A stretch of DNA of 63,776 nucleotides, the filler included, from Chiloscyllium plagiosum (taxonomy: Eukaryota), in assembly GCF_004010195.1 (NCBI RefSeq). It is 4 parts of one record of this genome, joined end to end, with 100 filler letters (N's around TTAATTAATTAA, not from the genome) between each part and the next. Parts side by side here need not be neighbours in the genome. Positions count along the whole stretch, not along the records: positions 1 to 23,059 come from NC_057716.1; positions 23,160 to 50,956 come from NC_057716.1; 2 more parts are not named here. One strand, given 5' to 3'. The notes under the pieces were generated by a model that worked only from the letters and a program-made list of their open reading frames with translations, did not search any database and was not told the DNA's origin. Positions 12,990-23,983 of this stretch are shown here, piece after piece. Numbering within the stretch: position 1 is the first letter of the stretch; each line of letters opens with the position of its first letter. The translations under genes were made by a program, and so were the position numbers.

Positions 12990-13120
12990 TATTCCTGATG
13001 AAGGGCTTTTGCCCGAAACGTCGATTTTACTGCTCCTTGGATGTTGCCTGAACTGCTGTGCTTTTCCAGCACCACTCTAATCTAGACTCTAGTTTCCAGC
13101 ATCTGCAGTCATTGCTTTTA
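12990..13120 (+). mobile_element. Penelope pLTR mini-insertion (family A) with 15-bp TSD
   Basis: CCTCATTTCCTGTGG at 12975-12989 and 13121-13135. Confidence 0.85.
12991..13026 (+). ncRNA. minimal type I hammerhead ribozyme motif (PLE family A)
   Basis: CTGATGA (12995-13001), stem II GGGC-TTTT-GCCC, then GAAACGTC with palindromic ACGT stem III and GUC triplet at 13020-13022. Confidence 0.8.
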
Positions 13121-13134
13121 CCTCATTTCCTGTG

Positions 13135-13402
13135 GCCCAGTAGCCTTGGTCACTGCCACACTTTCCTTCTCACTGTTCCAATTCCGAGCTGATTCTCTCA
13201 CAATGAGCCTATCAGCAGCAAGCACTGAAAACAAACTTCTCTCACAATGAGCCTATCAGTAGCAAGCACTGAAAACAAACAGCCTGTGATGCCCAGTAGC
13301 CTTGGTCACTGCCACACTTTCCTTCTCACTGTTCCAATTCCGAGCTGATTCTCTCACAATGAGCCTATCAGCAGCAAGCACAGAAAACAAACAGCCTGTG
13401 AT
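13135..13402 (+). repeat. nested local tandem duplication
   Basis: A ~100-bp unit GCCCAGTAGCCTTGG...GAAAACAAAC at 13135-13235 and 13291-13392, with a partial third copy of its 3' half at 13236-13290. Confidence 0.9.
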
Positions 13403-14729
13403 TTGGGTGGGGGAGGTTGTGGGGGGAGGCAACTGTTTGGATATTCTGACTGTGTCACTTATTGGGCAAGTTTATTTCCATTGATCATCTCCTTGTTTGA
13501 TGTTTTCTCCAGATATTTTGGGACCTCTTGGGGACCGATTTTCTTCATCCCTGTGTATTTTGAGCCTGCCAAGAACTGATTCATCAAGACCCTTTTCAGG
13601 TGACCACTTAAATGCCTGACTGGAACCTGATCTGGTGGATGAGAAGTGGGTGGAGTGTCTCACGAGTAAAGATGTCCCACAATTAATCTAAAAATGTATA
13701 GAATAATTTTACGGAATTCAATCTCATACCAAATTGTTAAAAATGGAATAAAATAGATGGATTCTTATTAGCAAACAAAACAATTTGGGCAAAAAATTTC
13801 TTATCGTCATTTACTGGTAATCATGGTAGTGTTTTTCACTTGTGGATCAGTGAACTATGCAAAATGTAAATTATGCAAATTTCACAATGTATTATTTAAA
13901 GCTTGCAATTAAAAAAGCTGCAGAAACACCTATACAGTTGATAGATAACATTGCCAACAGAGCTGGAAGATACTTGGAAATTGTAGTTGGAAGCAGTAAA
14001 TTTTACCATATATTTAAAAATTGTTTAAAACTGTTAAGTGATTATTTTCTGGAAATGTTTCTAGAAGTTTTAAGGATATGGTTGCTTAACCAGAAATGAT
14101 AGATTTGAGTTAACTTGCCTATATGTCAGACCATAGTTTCTGTTTGTTGATTAACTAATGGGTTGGGTGGGTAAAAACAATGACTGATTGAGTAAGGTGT
14201 CTCCCTGAGTTTTGTGACTGGGTAATCATACAGACAATTCTTAGCAGATTAATACTAGGGACATTAAATACTATTGATGCTTAAAGGTAGAAAAACTGCA
14301 CCCAAGAGGTCCCAAAACACCTAGAGAAAAGCTGCTTGGCAGTATAGAACTTGTATAAGACTGAAAAAGGAGACATTGCTGACAAAGCTCTTCTTGCAAT
14401 TATAATGACAGAATCGCAAGAATACCCAATCTTGAAGGAAATAATAATTTATACTGCATGACAAGAGGTTGCTGGTTATGTATTTGTGTATTTTACATTT
14501 ATGGGATGTAAACTGGCTTGGCCAACATTTATTGTCCATTTCCAATTCTCAGTTATGAGTCAACTGTATTGCTGTGTATCGTGAATCATACATAAGCCAA
14601 ACCAGGAAAGGATGGCAGGTTTCCTTTCTCAAATGACAACAGTGAACCAGATGGGGTTTTATGATAATCAACAATCGTTATATGCCATTACTAGTATGCC
14701 ACCACTTATCTTGAAATAGTTGTACATAT

Positions 14730-15640
14730 GTTCTAATCAATTTATTAGGAGATGTTATTATATACCCTTGGAGCTAGTGGAATTTGAATTTGGGTTTCCA
14801 GGCTCAGAGGTAGTGACACTACTGAATTGCCACAAGAACCGTTGGCAAGTGGGTTCTGATTGGTAGATGGATTACCACGGAGGATGTATCAGGAAAAGGC
14901 CATGTGTCAAGATTTTGTTCAATTGAAACAGACATAATGTGTGGGCATAGTCTTTCTATTTGCAGAGGATAGAAATCTGCATGGGAATACATTTGGTTTC
15001 TAGCATCCTAAGTATGCCAGACTGCAAGCCTGATTGATTGCCTTAAATTAGTTGTTAGTGTAATTCGTAACAAATTAGATTGTTTAGAAAATTTTGTCCA
15101 GTCATGGAATCATGTTTAATATTTGATACTACATTCTGAGTTTTGCAAGTATGTGCTAGTTGGATACATAGGAACATAGGACTTATGACCAAGAATATGC
15201 TTTTTGGTACTTTGACCCTGCTTTACCATTCTATATGATAATGGCTAACCTAGTTGTTGTCTTAACTCCAATTTCCTACCTATCTCCTCTAAACCTTGAC
15301 TCCTGTCTATCAAAAATCTCTCACATTCTTTATTGAATAATTTCAATGATCCAGAGGCCAGGGCAATACCACTTTGCTACAAGAGGCTTGGCTCAAAGGT
15401 AGACATTTTCTAATCAACCTGTTTAAAGAGGTTGCTCCACATGTCCTGAGCAGGAAGGGTTTGAATTAGGGCCTCCCGGCTCCAAGGTATGTTCACCATC
15501 CCTTTGTAACAAAAACCCCAAAAGATGAATTTGCTGCGTTTTAAGTATTTTCTAATCAACCTATTGAAATATGATATTACCCATCTCTGGAAAGGGAGGA
15601 CTTGAACATGAACACTCTGGCTCAGAGGTATGGCTAGGAT
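14730..15640 (-). repeat. cluster of degenerate short tRNA-like SINE copies
   Basis: Recurring unit TTCTAATCAA...CTTGAA...GGCTCAGAGGTA at ~14730-14840, ~15405-15520 and ~15548-15640. Confidence 0.5.
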
Positions 15641-17089
15641 AGGGAATTAGCAGTGGTAGAAGATCAACCTTTGTTGAGCCTTAACGAGAAAAGCTTATGA
15701 TATAGATAAAGTTTATTGCACAATTGCAATAAGTGCAAGTTACATTAACTATTTAGGTGTAAATACAAAGACTATCAAATTCTAAAGATGATATTTCTGA
15801 CTCCGTTGAAATCTCATATTAGACTTCCTCATTTTTGCTGAAATATTGTACAATACCATCAGATTGGGTGCAGCTTCATGCTGTTTCAAAAATAACTGTT
15901 CCAGAATAATATCTCCTCCTAAGCTTTTTCTTTTCCTCAGAGTTAAATTTAAAAGTCAATGATATAACTACATTTCCATCATCCCATTTATCAGGTTTAC
16001 AATTTCATTTACTTTACAAGGTTGCAATTGTACTAGCCTCCACCACTTCCTCTAGCAGCTCCTTCCACACACACACCACCCTCTGTGTGAAAACATTGCC
16101 CCGCAGGTGTCTTTTATAGCTTTCCCCTCTCACCCTAAACCTATGCCCTCTACTTCGGGATTCCCCCACCCCAGGGAAAAGACCCCTGTCTATTTACCCT
16201 ATCCATGCCCCCCATGATTTTATAAACTTCTATAAGGTGACCCCTCAATTTCCAGGGAAAACAACCTCTCCCTATAGCTCAAATCCTCCAACCCAGGCAA
16301 CATCCTTCTGACACACTTTGCTGATTTTTATTGCCTGAATTTTCCTCACTGTTGTTAGGAATGAAAAACATTTCCATGAGTCAAATAAGTCTGCAACTTC
16401 CTTCTTTTTTACGGTATGAAACAATTTTCTTCTGCCAAAATAGGTAATGTAAATAATTTGTTTCTTCTTTTTGGGTTCCACCAAGAGTCTAAAAAGTCAA
16501 TGGAATCTTCTGCTGGTTGCAGTTTGATTTGTTTCTCTTGTTATTCTCTTGGAATTAGTTGAACTCCTCTGCTATCGTTAGAATGTTGAGGTCAAGACAT
16601 GCACCCAGGCTCAAATATTATGTGTTAATTATGAACCATATAAACATTTTGAACTCTTGTGCACTGTTTGCATGTACTGTTACTTGAGGCATACCTTTAC
16701 TCTTAACAATTATCCCACGTGGAGTATGTAGTCTCACTTCTGCAGGTTGGAAGTTCTGTTATTCCATCCATGGTGTCTAATCTGACAGGATACAAACACT
16801 TGTCCTTGTATGAAGCTTAAACTTAATCAGATGTTTATTGGCACAAATAAGTTCTGTCAAAATAAGTTTGATTAATCACTAACTTTCTTTAGGAATACCT
16901 CTGGTATATTTTCACATATATACTGAAATTTGATCTCTTTGCGTGTGTAACACATATACTGCTCTGAAACTTCTGCAAATCTTCTGGAAGTGACCTATAA
17001 TTAGAAAATGTACCATTGTTTTGTCATAGCTGGATGCCGCTTGTGAAGTTTCTTTCAACCACATTGCTAACACAGATTCTTTGCATTTG

Positions 17090-18315
17090 CTGAATCAGAA
17101 AATTGTTACAGTGCAGCAGGAGGCCACTCAGTATATTGTGCCTCTCCCAGCTCATTAAACGGACATTATTACCAAATGCTGATATCCGGCTTTTTCCCCA
17201 TATTCTTGCGCATAATTTCTATCCAAATAATCATTCAATGCTCTCTTGAATGCCTCAATTGAAACTACCTCCACCACACTTCCAGGCAGTACATCCCATA
17301 TCCTTGCAAGAGGGGAGAGATAAATGAGAGGATGCTGCCTGAACTGCTGTGCTCTTCCAGCACCACTAATCCACATCCCATCTCCTAACGACTTGCTGAG
17401 TGAAAAAGTATTTTCTCACATTACCTTCAAATCTATGCCCTCTTACCTTTGTTCCTATTATGAGCAGGAACAGCATTTCCATATCTACTCTATCCAGTGC
17501 ACTCATAATTTGAAAACCTCTATCAAATCTCCTCTTAGCCTTCTTCTTTTCAAGAAGAACAGTTCCAATATCTTCAATCTAATCTCATGACCAAAGTTTT
17601 TCATTCCTGGAACCTTTTATGTAAATCTTTCCAATGTATTCACATCTTTCCCAAAATATGGCACCCATAACAGTACATAACACTCGAGCTAAAGTCTTAA
17701 AAACTATCTTAATAAAGTTCGCCATCACCTCCCTCCTGTTACTCTATGCATCTATTAATAAAGCCAAGGATACCACATGTTTTACTTACTGCTCTCTCTT
17801 CCTGTCTTGCCATGTTCAACAATCAGTGTACATATACACCCAGCTCTCTTTGCTCCAGTATCTCCTTTAGAATTGTACCCCTATTTTATATTATCTTTCA
17901 ATGTTCTTCCTATCAAAGTGCATCACCCCACACTTACCTGCATTGAAATGTACCTGCCACTTAGCTCTCCACTCCACCCTGCTATCAATGTCCTTTTAGA
18001 TGTCATCACCATCATCCTCATAGTTAAAATTCTTCCAAGTTTCATGTCATTTGCAAATATTTAAATTATTCTCTGCACATCAAAATTCAAATCATTAATA
18101 TATATTAGGAAAAACAAGGGTCCCAATACCAATCCCTGTGGTACTTCACTATACACCTTCCCCCAGCCCAAACAAAATCCATTGACCATTATTGTCTGTT
18201 CACTATCACTCAGCTAATTTTATATCCATGTTGCTACTTTCCTTTTTATATCAGGTCCAATACATTGTCCTCATAAGTCTGTTGGATGGCACTTATCAAA
18301 CACCTTCTGGAAGTT
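17090..18315 (-). mobile_element. CR1 LINE fragment with a small Penelope insertion at ~17304-17372
   Basis: RIWDVLPGSVVEVVSIEAFKRALNDYL and RT remnants. The insertion is flanked by ACATCCCATATCC (17291-17303) and ACATCCCATCTCC (17373-17385). Confidence 0.8.
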
Positions 18316-18339
18316 CTGTTGTTTAACCCACCCTTGTGT

Positions 18340-19070
18340 TGGTTTGTCACATGTGCTTGCAGAGTGTTTGTACCTTATAAAGTGAATAAGTTTTGTCTCA
18401 GTCTTTCTGGTTTTTGCTTCAAACAGAAATTGGACAGAGTACTCTAAAATCACGTATTTCTTGAACTGTAATAATTTGATAATGACTCATCAATAATTCC
18501 AACAAAAATTTGGTCATTTATGAACTCTGGTTTCAAAGCTCCATAATTACAGTTTTTCACTAATTTGTAGGGATTAGTAGTGAAATTATCTGGATGCTGC
18601 ATTCTTCTGTTAAATGTTGCCCTTTCAAGAATTTTAGTCATTCTCATATTCAATTAATTATCAAAAGCTATTAGAACTCTTTCAAATGTATATTGCTTTC
18701 TTGTTTAATTTGGTAATTTATAATATCATCAGGTGCACAAAATATTGAATAGAATGACTTGTTTACTTATTCGACAAGCAGGAAAATCGACATTTCGGGG
18801 AAAAGCCCTTCATCAGGAATGAGCCTCATTCCTAATCAAGGGGTTTTGCCTGAAATGTCGATTTTCCTGCTCCTCGGATACTGCCTGACCTGACCTGCTG
18901 TGCATTTCCAGCACCACTCTAATCTTGACTCTAATCTCCAGCATCTGCAATACCCACCTCCGCCTATGTTTACTTATTCAGCAAGGGATTTAATCTTTAG
19001 CAATCAAAGTAATTCCAAACACAAAGAACTCTTTTTTCTAAGATGTCCAACCTGTGCTGTTTGGCTTAAA
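18340..19070 (-). mobile_element. Gypsy LTR-retrotransposon gag remnant
   Basis: KILERATFNRRMQ...YKLVKNCNYGALKPEFINDQIFVGIIDESLS resembles vertebrate Gypsy gag; interrupted by a PLE insertion. Confidence 0.7.
18773..18966 (+). mobile_element. Penelope pLTR insertion with inverted 5' head and 13-bp TSD
   Basis: TGTTTACTTATTC at 18760-18772 and 18967-18979; internal hairpin at ~18777-18871 with degraded hammerhead motifs on both strands. Confidence 0.85.
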
Positions 19071-20220
19071 GAGTCTTGGAATCATAGAGATGTACAGCAC
19101 AGAAACAGACCCTTCAGTTCAACTTGTCTATCTTAAATTAATCTAGTCCCATTTGCCAGCATTTGGCCCATATCCTTCTCAACCTTCCAATTCATATACC
19201 CATCCGGATGCCTTTTAAATGTTGCAATTGTACCAGCCTCCACCACTTCCTCTGGCAGCTCATTCCATACACGCACCACCCTTTGTGTGAAAATGTTGCC
19301 CCTTAGGTGTCTTTTAAATCTTTCCCCTCTCATCCTAAACCTATGCCCTCTAGTTGTGGACTCCCTGCCCCAGGGCTAAGACCCTGTCTATTTACCCTAT
19401 CCATGCCCCTCATGATTTTTTAAACCTCTATAAGGTGACCCCTCAGCCTCCAACACTCCAGGGAAAACAGCCCCAGCATATTCAGCCTCTCCCTATAGCT
19501 CAAACCCTCCAACCCTGGCAACATCCTTGTAAATCTTTTCTGAATCCTTTCACAACATCCTTCCAATAGGAGGGAGACCAGAATAGCACAAAATATTCCA
19601 AAAGTGGCCTAACCAATGTCCTGTATGGCCATAAAATTACCTCCCAACTCCTATACTCAATGCTCTAACCAATAAAGGAAAGCATACCAGGCGCCTTCTT
19701 TAGTATCCTGTCTACCTGAGATTCCACTTTCAAGGAACAATGAACCTGCACTCGAAGGTCTCTTTGTTCAGCAACACTCCCCAGGACCTTCCCATTAAGT
19801 GTACAAGTCCTGCCCTGATTTGCCTTTCCAACTGCAGTACCTTACATTTATCTAAATTAAACACCATCTGCTACTCCTCGGCCCTTTGGCCCATCTGATC
19901 GAGATCCCGTTATACACTGAGGTAACTTTCTTCACTGTCCACTACACTTCCAATTTTGGTGTCATCTGCAAACTTACGAATTATATGTCCTACATTCACA
20001 TCTAAATCATTTATAGAAATGACAAAAAGCAGTGGACCCAGCACTGATTCTTTTGGCATACCACTGGTCACAGGCCAGTATTCTGAAAGGTGAACCCTCC
20101 ACCACCACTCTCTGTCTTCTACCTTTCAGCCAGTTCTGTATCCACACGGCTAGTTCTCCCTGTATCCGTTTGATCTAACCTTGCTAACCAGTCTACCAGA
20201 GGAACCTTGTTGAATGCCTT
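19070..20220 (-). mobile_element. CR1 LINE 3' part
   Basis: RGERFKRHLRGNIFTQRVVRVWNELPEEVVEAGTIATFKRH plus upstream RT motifs. Confidence 0.9.
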
Positions 20221-22341
20221 ACTGAAATCCATATAGATCTTTTCTCTCTGACATTATAAGACCATAAAATAAAGGAGCAGAATTAGGCCATTCGGGTCAT
20301 TGGCTCTGCTCTGCTACTCAATCATGACGGATATGCTTCTCAATCACATGTCTCTTTGTAATCTTTGATCCCTTTATAAGTTACAAATTTCATTCCTATG
20401 AAATATTGTTTAAAAATACAGTTTCATTGATTAGTACTAATTATTTACGCAGAGTTATGCAGCCTTCAATACGATACTATTTCTGCTGCATTTCTTCTTA
20501 ATGTGATTATTTATTCCTATTTCTTTAAAACTGTTTCAAATTATGCAGTGTTTAGCTTTGTCCTGTTTACCTAAAAAAATTGAATGATTCTGCAATTGAT
20601 GAATGCAGATGGCTTTCAAGACTGTAATCTGACATCAAATCATTGCTGTTTTATTTCTCTTGTCTTAAACACTCGTCAAACTTTTAAATGCTGCATAATA
20701 GTAATGTTGCAGCATTTTCTTTGTCTGCAAGTCTTTTGAACTTTCTGATATATTGATCCTATGTCATAAAGTTTTCAGTTCTATATTGTGACAACATTGT
20801 AGCATGTCACTGCTTTAAATATCAACTTATTTTTGTCAATTCCATACCTCTGCCCTGGTTACTGGTGGTTTTCCTGCTTTCTTCCCCCAATCAAAATGTT
20901 GTTTAACTGCCCTCTGCAACCAAGATGGAGGTTTCTTGTCTCTTCAGAGGCAAATTGGATGTTTCCCCACCATTCACAATCTAAAGCACAATATATGATC
21001 CTTTGTACACTTTTTAAAATAAAGTTCTGTGGCTGCGGGCTTAATATATCTTCTGGTTTAATTTATGATATAAATGATGAATGTTCTGGTATCATTATAT
21101 TCTTAAAATTCTTCTAACCATTTTCTTCCAATATACTATGAATTCAATCTCTTTTATATTGCCCTTTTAATGTGTTAAATGTGCTCTGTGACCTTTCTGA
21201 TACCATGTCCTCAGTACAAATTAATGTCTGTTCCTTGCTCTGTCTGCTGTAGCCAGACCTCATGGACAGAGCTGATGATATTGGTAACATTTGTTTTGAT
21301 GGGTAAGTACTCCTTTTGATTTCTATCTTTCCCAGCTGGTGCTTTGCACCGTCATCTTTTCCTTTTTGCCTAAAGGGATTTCTAATTTTACTCATTGAGC
21401 TTCAAAATGCTTCAACAGACCCTTCTCCTGGAAGGACTCTCTCACTTCCCATTGTGACTAGTTTTTACTCTCTTCCTAGCCCACACACTTTTGTCCTGTG
21501 CCCCTTACCAGCTCTGAAGTGGTGCTTTTGTCCTGCTGCTGCTTCCATGAATGCTGCTGACTGTCTGCGCCTTCTTAAAGTGATTGTGATGAACCCTTCT
21601 TCTTGTATTCTTTGTTCTGAAAGCCAGCATTCTGGGAAAATGACAACATTGTAACATTCAGAGGTACAGAATGTTCCAGAGTTTCTCAGTATTAAATTTA
21701 AACTCTGCACTGTGACAGGAATGGAGCATATTGCAATGTCTTTGATAGATCACTCAGGACAACTTGGGGTCATTGCAAAGCAGTTCTGAGGTCACAGGTC
21801 ATTGAAAAAATAGACAAGAGACAGGGCAGACTCCCATGTTAGGAGCACTGATTTTTAGCTGTCCAGGTTTAAGCAGTCAAGAGCAGATGGATGGCTCTGT
21901 GCTGTTAGAACAAACTCAGGAACATGCTATAGGAATTAATAAGTAACTAAGAGTTGGAGTCAGGACTTGGAGCTGTGAAATTGGGAAAGTTGTTGGCACT
22001 TTGTTGGTGGAAGCCATGAGGTGCTCAGAAAGAAACTCTGAACAATAATATTGCAGCTGGGAGATTGGGGAGCTGTATTTGCTTGGTGCAACTGAACAAG
22101 ATTAGAGTTTAGGTAAAACTCATGAGCATGTTTTAACTTGGTGATACAGGCTCTGAAAAGCTGAAGTTGTGCCCATGAATATGTGTTGGAGTACAGTCTT
22201 CAGCGTCTAGGGGAACACATACTTAGATAAGGAGGATGATCAAGCAGAACAGGAGCAGCCATTCAGGCAGTCCACGAGTTGAATTGTAATCCTTTGTGAA
22301 GTTTAAAGAGACTTGATAACCCACTGGCTCACAGAATCTCA

Positions 22342-22492
22342 TTTAAAAATTGCACAACACCAGCTTATAGTCCAACAGGTTTATTTGGAAGTACTAGCTT
22401 TTGGAGTACTCCTCCTTCATCAGGACTATAATCTAGTGTTGTGTGATTTTTAACTTTGTCCACTCCAGTCCAACACCGGCACCTCCATATCA
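22342..22492. mobile_element. Penelope-derived family B mini-element
   Basis: Same inverted termini as 7546-7766; flanked by TCACAGAATCTCA (22329-22341) and TCACAGAATCACA (22493-22505). Confidence 0.75.
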
Positions 22493-23059
22493 TCACAGAA
22501 TCACAGATGTGTTACAGCACAGAAGAAGCCATTCACTCATTGTTAAATGAGCTTCATTACTTAGTGATACTTCATATCTCCCCATAGCCTTGCACATTTA
22601 TTTTTATTGAAATAATTATCAAATGTTTCAACTTGTCCCCACCACACTTCCAGGCAGCACATTCCTTAACCTAGCTACTCACTGTGTGCAAATTGTTTCT
22701 TTACTTCACATGTGCATTTTTTGCAGATCTCCAAATCGATGCTTTTTGTACATTCTGGAAGAGGTTTTCCCTAACCTATCCAGCCCACTCATGATTTTGA
22801 AAACCTTATCAGATTTCCTTTTTTGCTTTTCTCCAAGGAGACCAGTTCCAACATCTCCAGTCTATCCTCATAACTGAAGTTCTTGTCAACCACTTCTGCT
22901 CTCTCTCCAATATGTTCACACCTTTCTTATAATGTGACAGCCAAACTGTACATAATACTCCAGCCAAGGACAAACAAGTATTTTATACAAATTCAAATAT
23001 TCTCCTTGCTCTTGTACTCAGTACCCCTATTAATGAGGCTCAAAATAGCATATGTATTC

Positions 23060-23159
23060 NNNNNNNNNNNNNNNNNNNNNNNNNNNNNNNNNNNNNNNNN
23101 NNNTTAATTAATTAANNNNNNNNNNNNNNNNNNNNNNNNNNNNNNNNNNNNNNNNNNNN
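23060..23159. other. artificial 100-bp scaffold spacer
   Basis: 44 N + TTAATTAATTAA + 44 N; identical at 50957-51056 and 56693-56792. Confidence 0.98.
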
Positions 23160-23983
23160 TTTCCGTAGAGACCAATCCCTCCGCGACTCCGTTGTCAGAT
23201 CCACACCCCCCACCGACCCAACCACCACTCCCGGCCCCTTCCCTTGCACCCGCAGGAGGTGCAACACTTGCGCCCATACCTCCCCCCTCACTTCTCTCCA
23301 AGGCCCCAAGGGAAACTTCCATATCCGCCACAGATTCACCTGCACCTCCACCCACATCATCTACTGCATCCGCTGCAGCCGGTGTGGCCTCCTCTATATT
23401 GGGGAGACAGGCCGCCTACTTGCGGAGCGATTCAGAGAGCACCTCTGGGCCATCCGGACGAACCAACCCAACCACCCTGTAGCACAGCATTTCAACTCCC
23501 CCTCCCACTCCACCGAGGATATGCAGGTCATTGGACTCATCCACCGCCAAACCACAACAACGCGACGGTCGGAGGAGGAGCGTCTTATCTTCCGACTGGG
23601 AGCCCTCCAACCGCAGGGGATGAACTTGGACTTCACCAGTTTCTTCATCCCCCCTCCCCCCACCTTGTCTCAGCCGGATCCCTCCCGCCTGGCACCGCCT
23701 TCCTGACCTGCAGTCTTCTTGTTGACCTCTCCGCCTCCATCCTACTCCGACCTATCACCCTCACCTTGACCTCTTTCCACCTATCACATTTCCACCGCCC
23801 CTCCTCCAAGTCCCTCCTCCCTACCTTTTATCTTCTCCTGCTGAACACTCTCTGCTCATTCCTGAAGAAGGGCCTGTGCCCGAAACGTCGAATCTCCTGT
23901 TCCCTGGATGCTGCCTGACCTGCTGTGCTGTTCCAGCAATAAGGTTTCAACTTTGATCTCCAGCATCTGCAGACCTCACTTTC
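23160..23983 (+). mobile_element. Penelope-like element 3' end: GIY-YIG endonuclease frame and pLTR
   Basis: Open frame 23161-23706: PCTRRRCNTC...THIIYCIRCSRCGLLYIGETGRLLAERFREH...HPVAQHF...EERLIFRLGALQPQGMN. It is followed by a pLTR with a hammerhead motif. Confidence 0.92.
23858..23893 (+). ncRNA. minimal type I hammerhead ribozyme motif in Penelope pLTR
   Basis: ATTC-CTGAAGA-A-GGGC(CTGT)GCCC-GAAACGTC-GAAT: stem I ATTC/GAAT, intact core and GUC triplet. Confidence 0.8.

Noticed and set aside
20400..22320. Possible decayed LTR-element gag and LTR
   Set aside because: Only coding-like composition; no diagnostic motif, termini or TSD found.
23244..23918. 224-aa ORF
   Set aside because: An alternative frame over the Penelope GIY-YIG region; the meaningful frame is 23161-23706.
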